A stretch of DNA of 64,000 nt from Phycisphaerales bacterium (GCA_038328575.1 JBBQMD010000004.1:22528-86527); one strand, 5' to 3'; shown: positions 8,114 through 17,812, counted from the first letter of the stretch. Translations and numbers: made by a program. The notes: a model not told the origin generated them from the letters alone.

Positions 8114-10963
8114 GTGGGCACAAAGAAGCGGGCAACACGCGCTCGAAGCGTTGGCAAGGACGCCGCGGCGTTGTACCACGAACTCCGCGACGAGCAGCTC
8201 GGGCGCTGGCCTGTGAAAGTCGAAGTCCCCGACGAGCCCGCGTTACCGTCGGAACTGAACGACCCTGAGGTCTCAGGCGCCACCGATTTTCCCCGCACCC
8301 GCGCCTGGTTCGCCTCACGCAAGTGGCAGCCCTTTGACTTCCAGATCCAGGCTTGGCGCGCCTTCGTCACAGGCACCAGCGGCCTGATTCACTCCCCCAC
8401 CGGCACCGGCAAGACCCTCGCGGCGTGGATGGGTCTGATCGAATCCGAGGTCCAGCGCGCCGCCAATCTGGGCTCGCCAGATTCTCCGGGCAGCGGCCCG
8501 CCTGGCCTGCGCGCGCTCTGGCTCACGCCTCTACGCGCTCTGGCCACCGACACCGCCAGCTCGCTCCAGAGCGCGTGCGACGGGCTCGGGCTGGGGTGGA
8601 AGGTCGAGCTGCGCACCGGCGACACGTCGGGCTCGGTGAAGTCGCGCCAGCGCGCAAAGCCGCCTCGTGCGATGGTCACGACGCCCGAGAGCCTGAGCGT
8701 CATGCTGTCGTATGCCGGGGCGCAAGCGCTGCTCTCGGGAATCCGCCTCGTCGTCGTCGATGAGTGGCACGAACTCCTGGGCTCCAAGCGCGGCGTGCAA
8801 ACCGAGCTCGCCCTCGCCCGGCTTCGCACCTGGAACCCCGGCCTCGTCGTCTTCGGCGTCAGCGCCACGCTCGGCAATATCGAACGCGCCGGCGAAGTTC
8901 TCATGGGCGTGAACCCGGTCGCACCCAAACCCCCGGATGAACAACGCGCGTCGAAAAAGCACGAACCACCCATCCGCGAGACCAAGCCGCTGCTGATCCG
9001 GGGCGTCAGCGAAAAGCGTTACGAGTTCCGCACGCTCTTGCCCGCGAACGTCGAACGATTTCCGTGGGCCGGGCATCTCGGACTTCGCCAGATCGACGGC
9101 GTGATCGCCGCGATCGAGTCGGCCAAGAGCTCGCTGCTGTTTTGCAACACGCGCGGCCAGGCCGAGATCTGGTACCAATCGCTGTTGAAGGCTCGCCCGG
9201 AGTGGCTGAGGCTCGGGGCGGTTGCGCTCAGCACTGAGAACGAGGGAGCTGGCGGTGCCCCGGGGCGCGAGGCAGACGCCGCTGGATCAAGCCTCGGGGA
9301 TGAGCCGCCAATCGCGCCGGGCGATGCTGGCGTGCTGCCACTAGCGCTGCACCACGGCTCGGTCGATCGCGATCTGCGGCTGCGGATCGAGGGGTTGATC
9401 AAGGCCGGGCGCGTGCGCTGCGTCGTCTGCACCAGCAGCCTTGATCTGGGCGTGGACTTCCCGCCGGTGGACCAGGTGATCCAGATCGGAAGCCCGAAGG
9501 GTGTCGGGCGATTGCTCCAGCGCGCCGGGCGATCCGGGCATCAGCCGGGGCGGGCGTCGCGCGTGGTCTGTGTGCCGACCAACACGCTGGAGATCATCGA
9601 GTTCGCCGCGGCTCGCGAGGCGGCGACACTCGGGCAGATCGAGTCGCGCGAGCCGATCCGCCTCGCGCTCGACGTTCTCTGCCAACACGTCGTCACCTGC
9701 GCTTCCGGGGGTGGCTTCGTCGAGCGCGAGTTACTGGACGAGGTCCGCTCCACATGGTGCTTCGCGACGCTCAGCGATGAACATTGGCGGTGGGTGATGG
9801 AGTTCTCCCGCAACGGCGGCGAAACCCTCCACGCCTACGACCGCTTCGCGCGGATCGTTGAACGCGACGGGCGCTGGGTCGTCGCCAGCGATGGCGTCGC
9901 GCGACAGCACCGGCTGGGCATCGGCACCATCGTCTCCGACAGCGCCGTGCTCGTGCGCTTCGAGCGCGGCGCGACGCTCGGCACCGTCGAAGAGGGATTC
10001 GTCAGCCGCATGAAGGCCGGCGATATCTTCGTCTTCGCAGGGCGACGCCTCGAGTTTGTGCGCCTGCGCGAGATGACCGCGACGGTCCGGCCCGCCCGCA
10101 AGAGCGGCGTCATGATCTCCTGGCAGGGCGCGCGCATGCCCCTGAGCGCAGAGCTGGCCGAGCGCGTGCGCGAGCGCTTTGCCGAGGGCGCCCGAGGAGA
10201 ACTCATCGGCCCGGAGATGAAGTGCGCCGGACCGCTGCTGGCGCTCCAGAGCGCCTGGAGCGCCCTGCCGACGCCCGAGCGCCTGGTCATCGAAGAGGTC
10301 ACGACCCGCGACGGGCATCACGCGTTCATCTATCCGCTGGAAGGCCGGCTCGTTCACGAGGGCCTCGCGGCCCTGGTCGCCTTCCGCCTCGCACGCCTCG
10401 CGCCGCGCACAGTCATCACCGCGGCCAACGACTACGGCTTTGAGCTTGTCAGCGCCTCGCGCATCGACCTTGAGGAAGCGTCGTGGCGCGCCCTGCTCTC
10501 GCCGGAGAATCTGGGCGACGACCTCATCGCGTGCATCAACGCCAGCCAGATCGCCCGCCGACATTTTCGCGAGATCGCGCGCGTCGCCGGCCTCCTCGTC
10601 GCGTCGCTCCCCGGCGCACGCGCCCGCACCGGGCGCGGCCCCTCTGCACGCCAGATGCAGGCCAGCAGCGAGCTGTTCTTCGACGTCTTCGAACAATTTG
10701 ACCCCGGCAACATGCTCCTGGATCAGGCCCGGCGCGAGGCCCTGAGCGGCCAACTCGAGTTTGTCCGTCTCCAGCACGCCTTGGAACGCATCCGCGGCTG
10801 GACCGTCAGCGTCCAGCGCCCCGCCCGCCTTACGCCGCTGGCCTTCCCGCTCTGGGCAGACTCGATGCGTCAGCAGCTTTCCAGCGAGAACTGGGAGGAT
10901 CGCGTGCAGCGAATGCTCAAGCAGCTTGAGGCCGACGCGCAGCGGGGTACCCTGAGCACGTGA
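8114..10963 (+). CDS. Lhr-like DExH-box helicase (ligase-associated DNA damage response type)
   Basis: 'SPTGTGKT' Walker A, 'VVDEWHEL' DExH, 'SATLGN', 'HHGSVDRDLRLRIE', 'QRAGRSGH', plus a long C-terminal DEAD-associated region. GTG start at 8114. A low-complexity insert sits between motifs IV and V. Confidence 0.85.
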   Translation: MGTKKRATRARSVGKDAAALYHELRDEQLGRWPVKVEVPDEPALPSELNDPEVSGATDFPRTRAWFASRKWQPFDFQIQAWRAFVTGTSGLIHSPTGTGKTLAAWMGLIESEVQRAANLGSPDSPGSGPPGLRALWLTPLRALATDTASSLQSACDGLGLGWKVELRTGDTSGSVKSRQRAKPPRAMVTTPESLSVMLSYAGAQALLSGIRLVVVDEWHELLGSKRGVQTELALARLRTWNPGLVVFGVSATLGNIERAGEVLMGVNPVAPKPPDEQRASKKHEPPIRETKPLLIRGVSEKRYEFRTLLPANVERFPWAGHLGLRQIDGVIAAIESAKSSLLFCNTRGQAEIWYQSLLKARPEWLRLGAVALSTENEGAGGAPGREADAAGSSLGDEPPIAPGDAGVLPLALHHGSVDRDLRLRIEGLIKAGRVRCVVCTSSLDLGVDFPPVDQVIQIGSPKGVGRLLQRAGRSGHQPGRASRVVCVPTNTLEIIEFAAAREAATLGQIESREPIRLALDVLCQHVVTCASGGGFVERELLDEVRSTWCFATLSDEHWRWVMEFSRNGGETLHAYDRFARIVERDGRWVVASDGVARQHRLGIGTIVSDSAVLVRFERGATLGTVEEGFVSRMKAGDIFVFAGRRLEFVRLREMTATVRPARKSGVMISWQGARMPLSAELAERVRERFAEGARGELIGPEMKCAGPLLALQSAWSALPTPERLVIEEVTTRDGHHAFIYPLEGRLVHEGLAALVAFRLARLAPRTVITAANDYGFELVSASRIDLEEASWRALLSPENLGDDLIACINASQIARRHFREIARVAGLLVASLPGARARTGRGPSARQMQASSELFFDVFEQFDPGNMLLDQARREALSGQLEFVRLQHALERIRGWTVSVQRPARLTPLAFPLWADSMRQQLSSENWEDRVQRMLKQLEADAQRGTLST

Positions 10964-11682
10964 CTGATTTTCCGGGAGCCGGTCAAGGGTCGTCCTTCTA
11001 CACACACTCCTCGCCGTTCAATCTGGTGGGCGAGGTGTTCGCTGCGCTGCCTTCTGGGTGCGTGTGGTGGGCGTCGCAGGGCGCGCTCCTCGTGGCGGAT
11101 CTGCACCTGGGCAAGGCAAGCACCATGGCCGCGGGCGGGCTGCCAATGTCGCGCCATCTGTGCCTTCAAGCGGCCCGCGCAGACCTGGCCCGTCTCGGGC
11201 GTGAGCTGATGTCCACAGGTGCCCGCCGACTCATCATCCTTGGCGATCTCTTGCACGCCGCGGAATCTCAACAGCCCGAACTGCTCGACGAGGTCGAGAG
11301 CTGGCGGCAATCCGACTTCGGCCCGTTGCCGATCACGCTCGTTCGCGGCAACCACGATCGTCGCGCCGGCGACCCGCCCCAGTGCTGGCGGTTTGAGTGC
11401 GTCAACGAGCCGTTCGACCTTGCCGGCATCGCGCTGCGGCATATTCCGCCGCGCGGGCGCGACGCTGTGCAGCCGTGGATGGCCGGCCACCTGCACCCGG
11501 TGGCGTCCATCTCCTCGCGCGGCGGCGAGCGCCTGCGCGCCAAGTGCTTCCACGTCACGCCTCGCGGCGTCATCCTCCCCGCGTTCGGCTCGTTCACCGG
11601 CGGCGCCGCCGTCCGCCCCGCGCCCGAAGACCGGGTTCTGCTCTGCGGCCCCGTTGGCGTGATCGCGTGGAACTGCGCCTGA
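10960..11682 (+). CDS. pdeM: Ligase-associated DNA damage response metallophosphoesterase
   Basis: Calcineurin-like motifs in order: 'VADLHLGKA', 'IILGDLLHA', 'VRGNHDR', 'AGHLHP'. The GTG start overlaps the helicase stop (GTGA at 10960-10963). Confidence 0.8.
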   Translation: MTDFPGAGQGSSFYTHSSPFNLVGEVFAALPSGCVWWASQGALLVADLHLGKASTMAAGGLPMSRHLCLQAARADLARLGRELMSTGARRLIILGDLLHAAESQQPELLDEVESWRQSDFGPLPITLVRGNHDRRAGDPPQCWRFECVNEPFDLAGIALRHIPPRGRDAVQPWMAGHLHPVASISSRGGERLRAKCFHVTPRGVILPAFGSFTGGAAVRPAPEDRVLLCGPVGVIAWNCA

Positions 11683-11725
11683 GCCGTCCGAGAATCGCAG
11701 CGACTGCTCGCCGATGACGGACAGA

Positions 11726-11752
11726 TTAACGCGACCGTCGGATGGTCGCGTT
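11726..11752 (+). terminator. Perfect 10-bp hairpin between pdeM and the PilZ gene (no T-tract)
   Basis: TAACGCGACC (11726-11735), 7-nt loop, GGTCGCGTTA (11743-11752). Its function as terminator or regulator is unproven. Confidence 0.35.
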
Positions 11753-11842
11753 ACCGCGATTACCCCGCGAGAGGATTGCGCCGAGAAAGAACGCGGTCGC
11801 CCGGACCTCCTCGGGCACACGAGTTGCTTTTGGAGCGAGTGC

Positions 11843-13015
11843 ATGAAGCCCAGCGGCCAGAACGATCCGAAACCCCAGCAGACGAACACGGTGCGGATCT
11901 CCGCCGTGGATTTGATGAAGCTGGATCAAGAAATGAACCTGAAGAAGAGCGGCCACAACACGCGTCGCGCGTTCATCCGTTGGCCGTTCGCGAAGCAAAG
12001 CCTCGCTGTCGAGATGCACCAACCCGGCGGCGTGGGCTCGACGCTCCGATACGCCTGTCGCAATCTCTCGACGACCGGCATGGGCATTTTGCACTCGTCC
12101 TACGTCCATTCCGGCACACGCTGCGTTGTACACCTGCCCGACCTTGAGGGCAACATCCATCCGACACCCGCCAAAGTCATGCGCTGCATCCACTACAAGG
12201 GCATTATCCACGAGGTCGGCATCGGCTTCGACGCGCCGCTGAACATTCGCGACTTCGTCCAGCTTGATCCGCTGGACGGCCTCTTCACGATGGAGCACGT
12301 CAGCCCCGACCGGCTCAGCGGCTCGGTGCTGCACGTGGACGACTCTTCGCTTGATCGCCGCCTCGTGCGCCACTACCTGAAGGACACCAATCTCAACGTT
12401 GTGACCGCCGACAATGGCGAGCAGGCCCTGGCCCGCAGCGGCGAGGGCTTCGACATCGTCCTGTGCGAGAACGACCTGCCCGACATGACCGGCGTAAAGT
12501 TCATCGAGAGCATGCGCGCCAAGGGCCTTCAGATGCCGATCATCGTCACAACAAGCGATGGGCGCGTCACCAGTCGAAACGAAGCGCGCGAGGCACGCGC
12601 CAGCGCGTACATCTGCAAGCCGTTCACGCAGGATCAGATCCTTCGCGCCCTGGCCGAGTTCATGCTGATGGAAGCCTCGGACACCGACTCTGGCGGCCCC
12701 GTTTACAGCCTGCTCACGCCCGCCGACTCCGCGTTCACCTTCGTCCCTGAGTTTATCGAAGAGCTGCGGGGGACGGCCGACAAGGTCAACGCGGCGCTCG
12801 CCAAGAACGACGTCGTCGTCCTCAAGCGTCTCTGCTCGCAAGTGCGCGGCTCGGCAAAGGGCCTCGGGTTCGCGATTGTCGGCTCCGCCGCGGAGTCCGC
12901 CGTCAGCGCGCTCGAACGTGGAAAAGTCACCGCCGATTGGTCCCGCGCTGTGCGCACGCTCGTCGGCCTTGCCATGCGGGTGCGCGTGCGCGAGCCGGAT
13001 CGCAAAGCCGGTTAA
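11843..13015 (+). CDS. PilZ - receiver-like - Hpt-like three-domain protein
   Basis: PilZ motifs 'RRAFIR' (RRxxxR) and 'NLSTTG' ([D/N]xSxxG). Receiver-like 'LHVDDSS...DIVLCENDLPDMTG...IIVTTSD...ICKPF'. Hpt-like 'LCSQVRGSAKGLGF'. Start taken at ATG 11843 (MKPSGQ...); the track ORF opens at 11714. Confidence 0.75.
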   Translation: MKPSGQNDPKPQQTNTVRISAVDLMKLDQEMNLKKSGHNTRRAFIRWPFAKQSLAVEMHQPGGVGSTLRYACRNLSTTGMGILHSSYVHSGTRCVVHLPDLEGNIHPTPAKVMRCIHYKGIIHEVGIGFDAPLNIRDFVQLDPLDGLFTMEHVSPDRLSGSVLHVDDSSLDRRLVRHYLKDTNLNVVTADNGEQALARSGEGFDIVLCENDLPDMTGVKFIESMRAKGLQMPIIVTTSDGRVTSRNEAREARASAYICKPFTQDQILRALAEFMLMEASDTDSGGPVYSLLTPADSAFTFVPEFIEELRGTADKVNAALAKNDVVVLKRLCSQVRGSAKGLGFAIVGSAAESAVSALERGKVTADWSRAVRTLVGLAMRVRVREPDRKAG

Positions 13016-13059
13016 GCCTCGGCGCGCGGTCCGGGCATGTTCGCTCGCTACCATCGGCA

Positions 13060-13452
13060 ATGCCGAATGCCGCCCTGCTAGAAGCCTTTGAAACGCCCTC
13101 CGCCGTGCCGTTTGTGATCGAGCACGTCAGCGACGAGTTTACCTCGGTGTGCCCCAAGACCGGCCACCCCGACTTCGGCTCGATCACGCTGCGCTATCAG
13201 CCCGCGCCCGCCAACTCTGCCCACGCGCAGCAAGGATGCGTCGAGCTCAAGTCTCTCAAGCTCTACTACCAATCATTCCGGAGCGAGGGCATCTACTACG
13301 AAGCCGTCAGCAACCGCCTGCGCGAAGACCTCGTCGCCATGCTGAGGCCCACCTGGCTCCAGATCATCACCAACTGGAAAGGTCGCGGCGGAATCTCCTC
13401 CGTCATCCGCGCCGATTTCGGCGACGTCCCAGCCCACTTTCGAGGCCGCTGA
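13060..13452 (+). CDS. queF: NADPH-dependent 7-cyano-7-deazaguanine (preQ0) reductase
   Basis: 'SVCPKTGHPDFG' catalytic Cys motif and 'VELKSLKLYYQSFR' QueF motif. Start trimmed to ATG 13060 (MPNAALLEAF...). Confidence 0.9.
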   Translation: MPNAALLEAFETPSAVPFVIEHVSDEFTSVCPKTGHPDFGSITLRYQPAPANSAHAQQGCVELKSLKLYYQSFRSEGIYYEAVSNRLREDLVAMLRPTWLQIITNWKGRGGISSVIRADFGDVPAHFRGR

Positions 13453-13501
13453 AGACAGAGCTAAACTCCCGCGCTGGGCCAAACTCGCCTCGCACGCACA
13501 C

Positions 13502-13575
13502 GCTCCGGTAGCTCAGTTGGATAGAGCGGCGGTCTTCGAAACCGCAGGTCGCAGGTTCGAGCCCTGCCCGGGGTA
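13502..13575 (+). tRNA. tRNA-Arg (anticodon UCG)
   Basis: Hand-folded cloverleaf: acceptor GCTCCGG/CCGGGGT (two G-U pairs), D arm GCTC/GAGC, anticodon stem GCGGT/ACCGC with loop CTTCGAA, T arm GCAGG-TTCGAGC-CCTGC, discriminator A. CCA is not encoded. Confidence 0.9.
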
Positions 13576-13614
13576 CTTCTTTCCATCCGTCCGATGTGAT
13601 CGCTCAGCAATCGC

Positions 13615-14385
13615 TCAGCGATCGTAACGCGCGTTCCAGCGCGCCACGAACGCGTCGTATTGCTCAGGCGTGTCGATTCCCAGCGCGCCGGGCTCGCAAA
13701 CGCCCACGCCAATCGTGAGCCCATGCTCAAGCACCCGCAGTTGCTCAAGCTGCTCCGAGCGTTCCAGCGGCGTCATGGGCAGCCGCGCGTACCGCTGCAA
13801 AAAATCCGCTCGATACGCGTACACCCCGACATGCCGCATCGGCGCACTGACCGCATCCCGGCGCGCATCCCGGTCGTTCGGGATGGACGCGCGAGAAAAG
13901 TACAACGCCCCGCCATCCATCCGGCGCACGACTTTTACGACGTTCGGGTTCACAAAGTCCGCGTCCGAAGTCAGCACGCAAGCCACCGTCCCCACCACGG
14001 CCCCCGAGATCTCGATGAGCGCCCGCGCCGCCGCGTCGATCGTCGCCGGTTCGATCTCCGGCTCGTCCCCTTGTACGTTGACGATGATCTCATCGGGCCC
14101 AAGGTTGAGCAGCGTTGTCGCCTCCGCCAAGCGGCTGGTGCCGTTGAGATGGTCCGGCGAAGTCAGCACCACCCGCGTTCCAAAGAGTTCAAGCGCCCGA
14201 GCGATGGCTCGGTCGTCAGCAGCGACCACGACCTGCCGGCAGCACCGGGCCAGGCGTGCGCGCTCCACCACGTGCTGCACCAGCGGCATGCCCGTGCGAG
14301 CCGCGAGCACCTTCTGCGGGAATCGCGTGGAAGCGAGGCGCGCCGGCACGATGATGACCGCCGAGGGATCGCTCATCGGCGACAT
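13615..14385 (-). CDS. kdsB: 3-deoxy-manno-octulosonate cytidylyltransferase (CMP-KDO synthetase)
   Basis: 'VIIVPARLASTRFPQKVLA', 'IVNVQGDEP' and 'HVGVYAYR' motifs over the full length. Confidence 0.9.
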   Translation of the reverse strand: MSPMSDPSAVIIVPARLASTRFPQKVLAARTGMPLVQHVVERARLARCCRQVVVAADDRAIARALELFGTRVVLTSPDHLNGTSRLAEATTLLNLGPDEIIVNVQGDEPEIEPATIDAAARALIEISGAVVGTVACVLTSDADFVNPNVVKVVRRMDGGALYFSRASIPNDRDARRDAVSAPMRHVGVYAYRADFLQRYARLPMTPLERSEQLEQLRVLEHGLTIGVGVCEPGALGIDTPEQYDAFVARWNARYDR

Positions 14386-14457
14386 CGCTCCCCCAGTGCC
14401 AAACTCGCCGACGCCGAACGCACAGTCTTCACAACGTCGATCCCTTCACGCGTGGGC

Positions 14458-16032
14458 TCAGGCGGTCGGTGCCGTTCCGGTGCCGGCCTGACGAAGCTGC
14501 GCGATCAGCGCCTTGAGCTGGTCGCGCTTGGCGCGGATGTCGCGATAACCGATCTGCTGGATCGCGATCGCGCTGGCGATCTTCTCCGCCTCCAACGCTC
14601 GGCTCAGATCTCGCGTTCCTTCCGCCTGCTTGAGCAGGCTCGCCATCAAGCCGTACCGCAGCTCCAGCCCCACGTCGTCGTTGGCATCTGTGTGCTGCTC
14701 CAGCGCCTGCTTGAAGGTCTCGGTTGCTTCCTCTATCCAATCCAGCTCCCGAAACGCGATGCCCAGGCAGGCCAGGGCCGCGGAGCGCTGCTTCGGCTCG
14801 TCCTTGGCTCTCTGAAGCTGCTCGATCGCCTTCTCGGGCTGGCGATCGCGCAGATAGCACTTGCCAAGCTCAAGCTTGAGCAGAAGATTCGTCGGGTACG
14901 CGTTGACCTGAAGCTCCAGCTCGCTGGTCTGCAGGCCGTTCTGCGCCTCGGCCGCGCTGAGATACGCATCGCGCGCTGCGGTGTCAGACGGGTTCGCGTC
15001 CGCGAGCGTCTTGAGCTTCTGCACCTCGCTCCGCCCGATGGCCAGCCGAATGTCGCCCGCGCTCTTGCGAAAGCTGTACTCCTGCGTCTGCACGAAAGCG
15101 GTCTCCGCGACGCTGATGGCGGTGCTCAGGTCTGCCGGGGTGCGACGCTGCACGAGCACCTGGATGTACTTGCGGATAATGGCTCGATCGGTCGGCGCGA
15201 TGTCGTACTCCGACTTGGCCGCGAGGATCGCTCGCTGCTGGCCTTCCTCGGTCTTGACCAGCGAGCGCTCCTCGTTGAGCAACCGCTGCTTCTCGACGTC
15301 CTTGATGTTCTGGCGGTAGCCGCCCTCTTGCCCGGTGTTCTCGTAACCGCCACGATGCATCGTGGCCTGCGCCGCGAGGTTGCGCACGTCCGCCGAGAGT
15401 TTGTTGTCTGATGGATCGAGCCGCACGCCGACCTCGCCAGCCTGCACCGCCAGATCAAACATCTCCAGCTTGACGAACGCCTCCAGCAGTGTGACAAACC
15501 AGTCCTTGCGCGGTCGATCGTGCTTGATGCACACGCCCAGCGCACTGCCGCCCAGCAGTTGCCCGACGTCGCGCAGGTTCAACGCCGCGATCGCGTTCAC
15601 CACTCGCACCGCCGGTCGCGGCTCACGAATGCTCACGCCCCATTCCAGCAGCGCGCCCAGATACTTGTGGACCGGCGTCGAGCCAGCCACTGCCGCGCCC
15701 GTTTCCTTGCTGGTCGCAGTCGCGCCGCCGGCGCGAAACTGGTCACACGACGCAAAGAACCCGCGCACCGCGTCCAGGTTGTTCGGCTCAAACCGCAGCC
15801 CCTGAAGCCACAGGCTGATCGCGTACTCGTGCTGCCCGGTGTCGTGCACCGACCGCGCGCGGTCAAAGAACCGCTTGGCCTTCTCGGGCGAAAACTCCAT
15901 GCCATCGCCGCTGGGCTTGGGCGTCTGGCCCGAAGCGCCGTCGTTGTTGTTGCCGCCGGATTTTCCGAAAATGCCGAAAAGGGCCAACGGGCGCTCCTTG
16001 CCTGGTTGAGAGGTCGCCCGGGCAAAGGCCAA
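14458..16032 (-). CDS. Tetratricopeptide-repeat protein
   Basis: Repeated TPR-like helical pairs throughout. It lies upstream of kdsB on the same strand. Start ambiguous: TTG 16032, TTG 15987 ('LALFGIFGK') or ATG 15900. Confidence 0.7.
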   Translation of the reverse strand: MAFARATSQPGKERPLALFGIFGKSGGNNNDGASGQTPKPSGDGMEFSPEKAKRFFDRARSVHDTGQHEYAISLWLQGLRFEPNNLDAVRGFFASCDQFRAGGATATSKETGAAVAGSTPVHKYLGALLEWGVSIREPRPAVRVVNAIAALNLRDVGQLLGGSALGVCIKHDRPRKDWFVTLLEAFVKLEMFDLAVQAGEVGVRLDPSDNKLSADVRNLAAQATMHRGGYENTGQEGGYRQNIKDVEKQRLLNEERSLVKTEEGQQRAILAAKSEYDIAPTDRAIIRKYIQVLVQRRTPADLSTAISVAETAFVQTQEYSFRKSAGDIRLAIGRSEVQKLKTLADANPSDTAARDAYLSAAEAQNGLQTSELELQVNAYPTNLLLKLELGKCYLRDRQPEKAIEQLQRAKDEPKQRSAALACLGIAFRELDWIEEATETFKQALEQHTDANDDVGLELRYGLMASLLKQAEGTRDLSRALEAEKIASAIAIQQIGYRDIRAKRDQLKALIAQLRQAGTGTAPTA

Positions 16033-16121
16033 AGGGCCGATACGTCCGGGTCCTCATGTTAGCAAAAGCTGGACCCCTCGGCCAACGAACTAGCCCCCAA
16101 GACCCGCTAAACTTCCGGAGC

Positions 16122-16691
16122 ATGATGCGCGACGTCAGCGAACTGGACATCACGACCTACCCCGAGGCGGTCCTTCGTCAACGCGCATCGACCATTCCAA
16201 GCGTGACCGACGAGGTCCGCGCCGTCGCCGACCGCATGATCAAGGTCATGCACCGGCTCGAGGGCATCGGCCTCGCCGCCCCGCAGGTCGGGCTGAGCTG
16301 GCGCATGTTCGTCGCCCACGTCCACCATGACGAAGAAGAAGGCCGCTTCGCCGACGCCGATCCACCCTCCGCGACGCTCCAGCCTGAGGTCTACATCAAC
16401 CCTGTGCTCAGCGATTTCTCGCCCGAGCGCGAGCCCTTCAACGAGGGCTGCCTCAGCCTCCCCAAAATCCGCGGCGAGGTCATCCGCCCAACTTCCGTCA
16501 CCATCTCCTACACAGATCGCTTCGGCGCTCAGCATACCCGGCGCGCCACTGGCCTGCTCGCCCGTTGCTGGCAACACGAGATGGACCACCTCGACGGCGT
16601 GCTCATCATCGATCGCATGACGCAGATGTCGCGCCTCAAAAATCGCCAGCTCGTCCGCGACCTCGAACGCGACGCGTCGGAGGAGCTGTGA
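16122..16691 (+). CDS. def: Peptide deformylase
   Basis: 'GIGLAAPQVG', 'EGCLSLP', 'HEMDHLDG'. Start at ATG 16122 (MMRDVSELD...). Confidence 0.9.
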   Translation: MMRDVSELDITTYPEAVLRQRASTIPSVTDEVRAVADRMIKVMHRLEGIGLAAPQVGLSWRMFVAHVHHDEEEGRFADADPPSATLQPEVYINPVLSDFSPEREPFNEGCLSLPKIRGEVIRPTSVTISYTDRFGAQHTRRATGLLARCWQHEMDHLDGVLIIDRMTQMSRLKNRQLVRDLERDASEEL

Positions 16692-16708
16692 CCGTGCCCT
16701 CGCGCCCG

Positions 16709-17812
16709 ATGCGCATCGCGTTCCTCGGCGCTGGTGCCTTCGGCATCCCCACGCTCGACATGCTGCGACAGCGGCACTCGATCGTCGCGATCATCACCCA
16801 GCCTGACAAACCCTTTGGGCGTGGCAAGGCCCTGACGCCGACCGAGGTCGCCCAGTGGGCCGCGATCAGCACGCCCGACGTGCCGGTCTTCAAGCCCGCG
16901 AACATCAACGAGCCCGACGCGATGACCGCCATCCGCGCCGTCGCCGGCCCCGCACAGGTTGACGCGTGGGTCATCATCGCCTTCGGCCAGAAACTGTCCG
17001 ACCAACTGCTCGAAGGAATCTGGGCCATCAACCTCCACGGCTCACTCCTGCCCCGCTGGCGCGGCGCCGGGCCGGTGCAAGCCGCGGTCCTGGCTGGCGA
17101 TGCGCACAGCGGCAACAGCGCCATCACCATCGCCCAACGCATGGACGCCGGCCTCGTCCTCGGCCAGAGCCAACGCGCCCTCGAGCCTCACACCACCAGC
17201 GGCGAGCTCCACGACCTCCTCAGCGCCGACGGCCCCGCACTCATCGACGACGTGCTCTCTCAGCGCGCCACGGGCACAACCGCCGGGGTGCAGCAAGACG
17301 AGTCCCTCGTCACCCGCGCCCGCAAACTCTCCAAGGCCGACGCATGGGTGGATTTCAACGACACCGCAGAGGCGTGTCGTCGCCGAGTAAACGGGCTCAA
17401 CCCCTGGCCCGGCGTCGTCGTGAAGTTTCGAGGCGAGCCGCTCAAGCTCCTTCGCGCTACGACAGTGCTGGACGACATCCCCCAGAGCGCGATGGCGCAG
17501 GTGCAATCGCACCAGCACGCCCCGCGACCGGCGGGCCAGATCATCGCCGGCGCGACAGGCTTGATCGCCTGCGCACAAGGAAGCGTGCTGCGCATCTGCG
17601 AGGTGCAGCTCCCGGGCAAGCGCGCCATGAACTGGAGCGCCTTTGCCAACGGCATCAAAATCGCAGGTTTCCCGCCAGACGACCCTCAGTTTCAACTCAT
17701 CGCCGGGCGCCTCGAGACATCGCCCCCGCCAGCCGCCCCTTGCCCATCGTCCACGCCAGTCGCCAGCGAGACCGCCGCCACCGAGCCCACGCCCCCGGCG
17801 ATGACGCCGTGA
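16709..17812 (+). CDS. fmt: Methionyl-tRNA formyltransferase with Pro/Ala-rich C-terminal tail
   Basis: 'MRIAFLGAGAFGIP', 'IITQPDKPFGRGK', 'NLHGSLLPRWRGAGP'. It starts 18 nt after def. Confidence 0.9.
   Translation: MRIAFLGAGAFGIPTLDMLRQRHSIVAIITQPDKPFGRGKALTPTEVAQWAAISTPDVPVFKPANINEPDAMTAIRAVAGPAQVDAWVIIAFGQKLSDQLLEGIWAINLHGSLLPRWRGAGPVQAAVLAGDAHSGNSAITIAQRMDAGLVLGQSQRALEPHTTSGELHDLLSADGPALIDDVLSQRATGTTAGVQQDESLVTRARKLSKADAWVDFNDTAEACRRRVNGLNPWPGVVVKFRGEPLKLLRATTVLDDIPQSAMAQVQSHQHAPRPAGQIIAGATGLIACAQGSVLRICEVQLPGKRAMNWSAFANGIKIAGFPPDDPQFQLIAGRLETSPPPAAPCPSSTPVASETAATEPTPPAMTP

Noticed and set aside
13502-13575. tRNA-Arg (and tRNA-Val at 41105..41178) as an integration site of a genomic island
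   Set aside because: No integrase, no duplicated tRNA 3' segment and no phage or transposon genes lie nearby. The flanking genes are housekeeping.
13660-15411. 583-aa ORF on the plus strand
   Set aside because: It is exactly antisense to kdsB and the TPR gene, and Arg/His/Leu-rich with no motif. This is a typical GC-driven shadow ORF.
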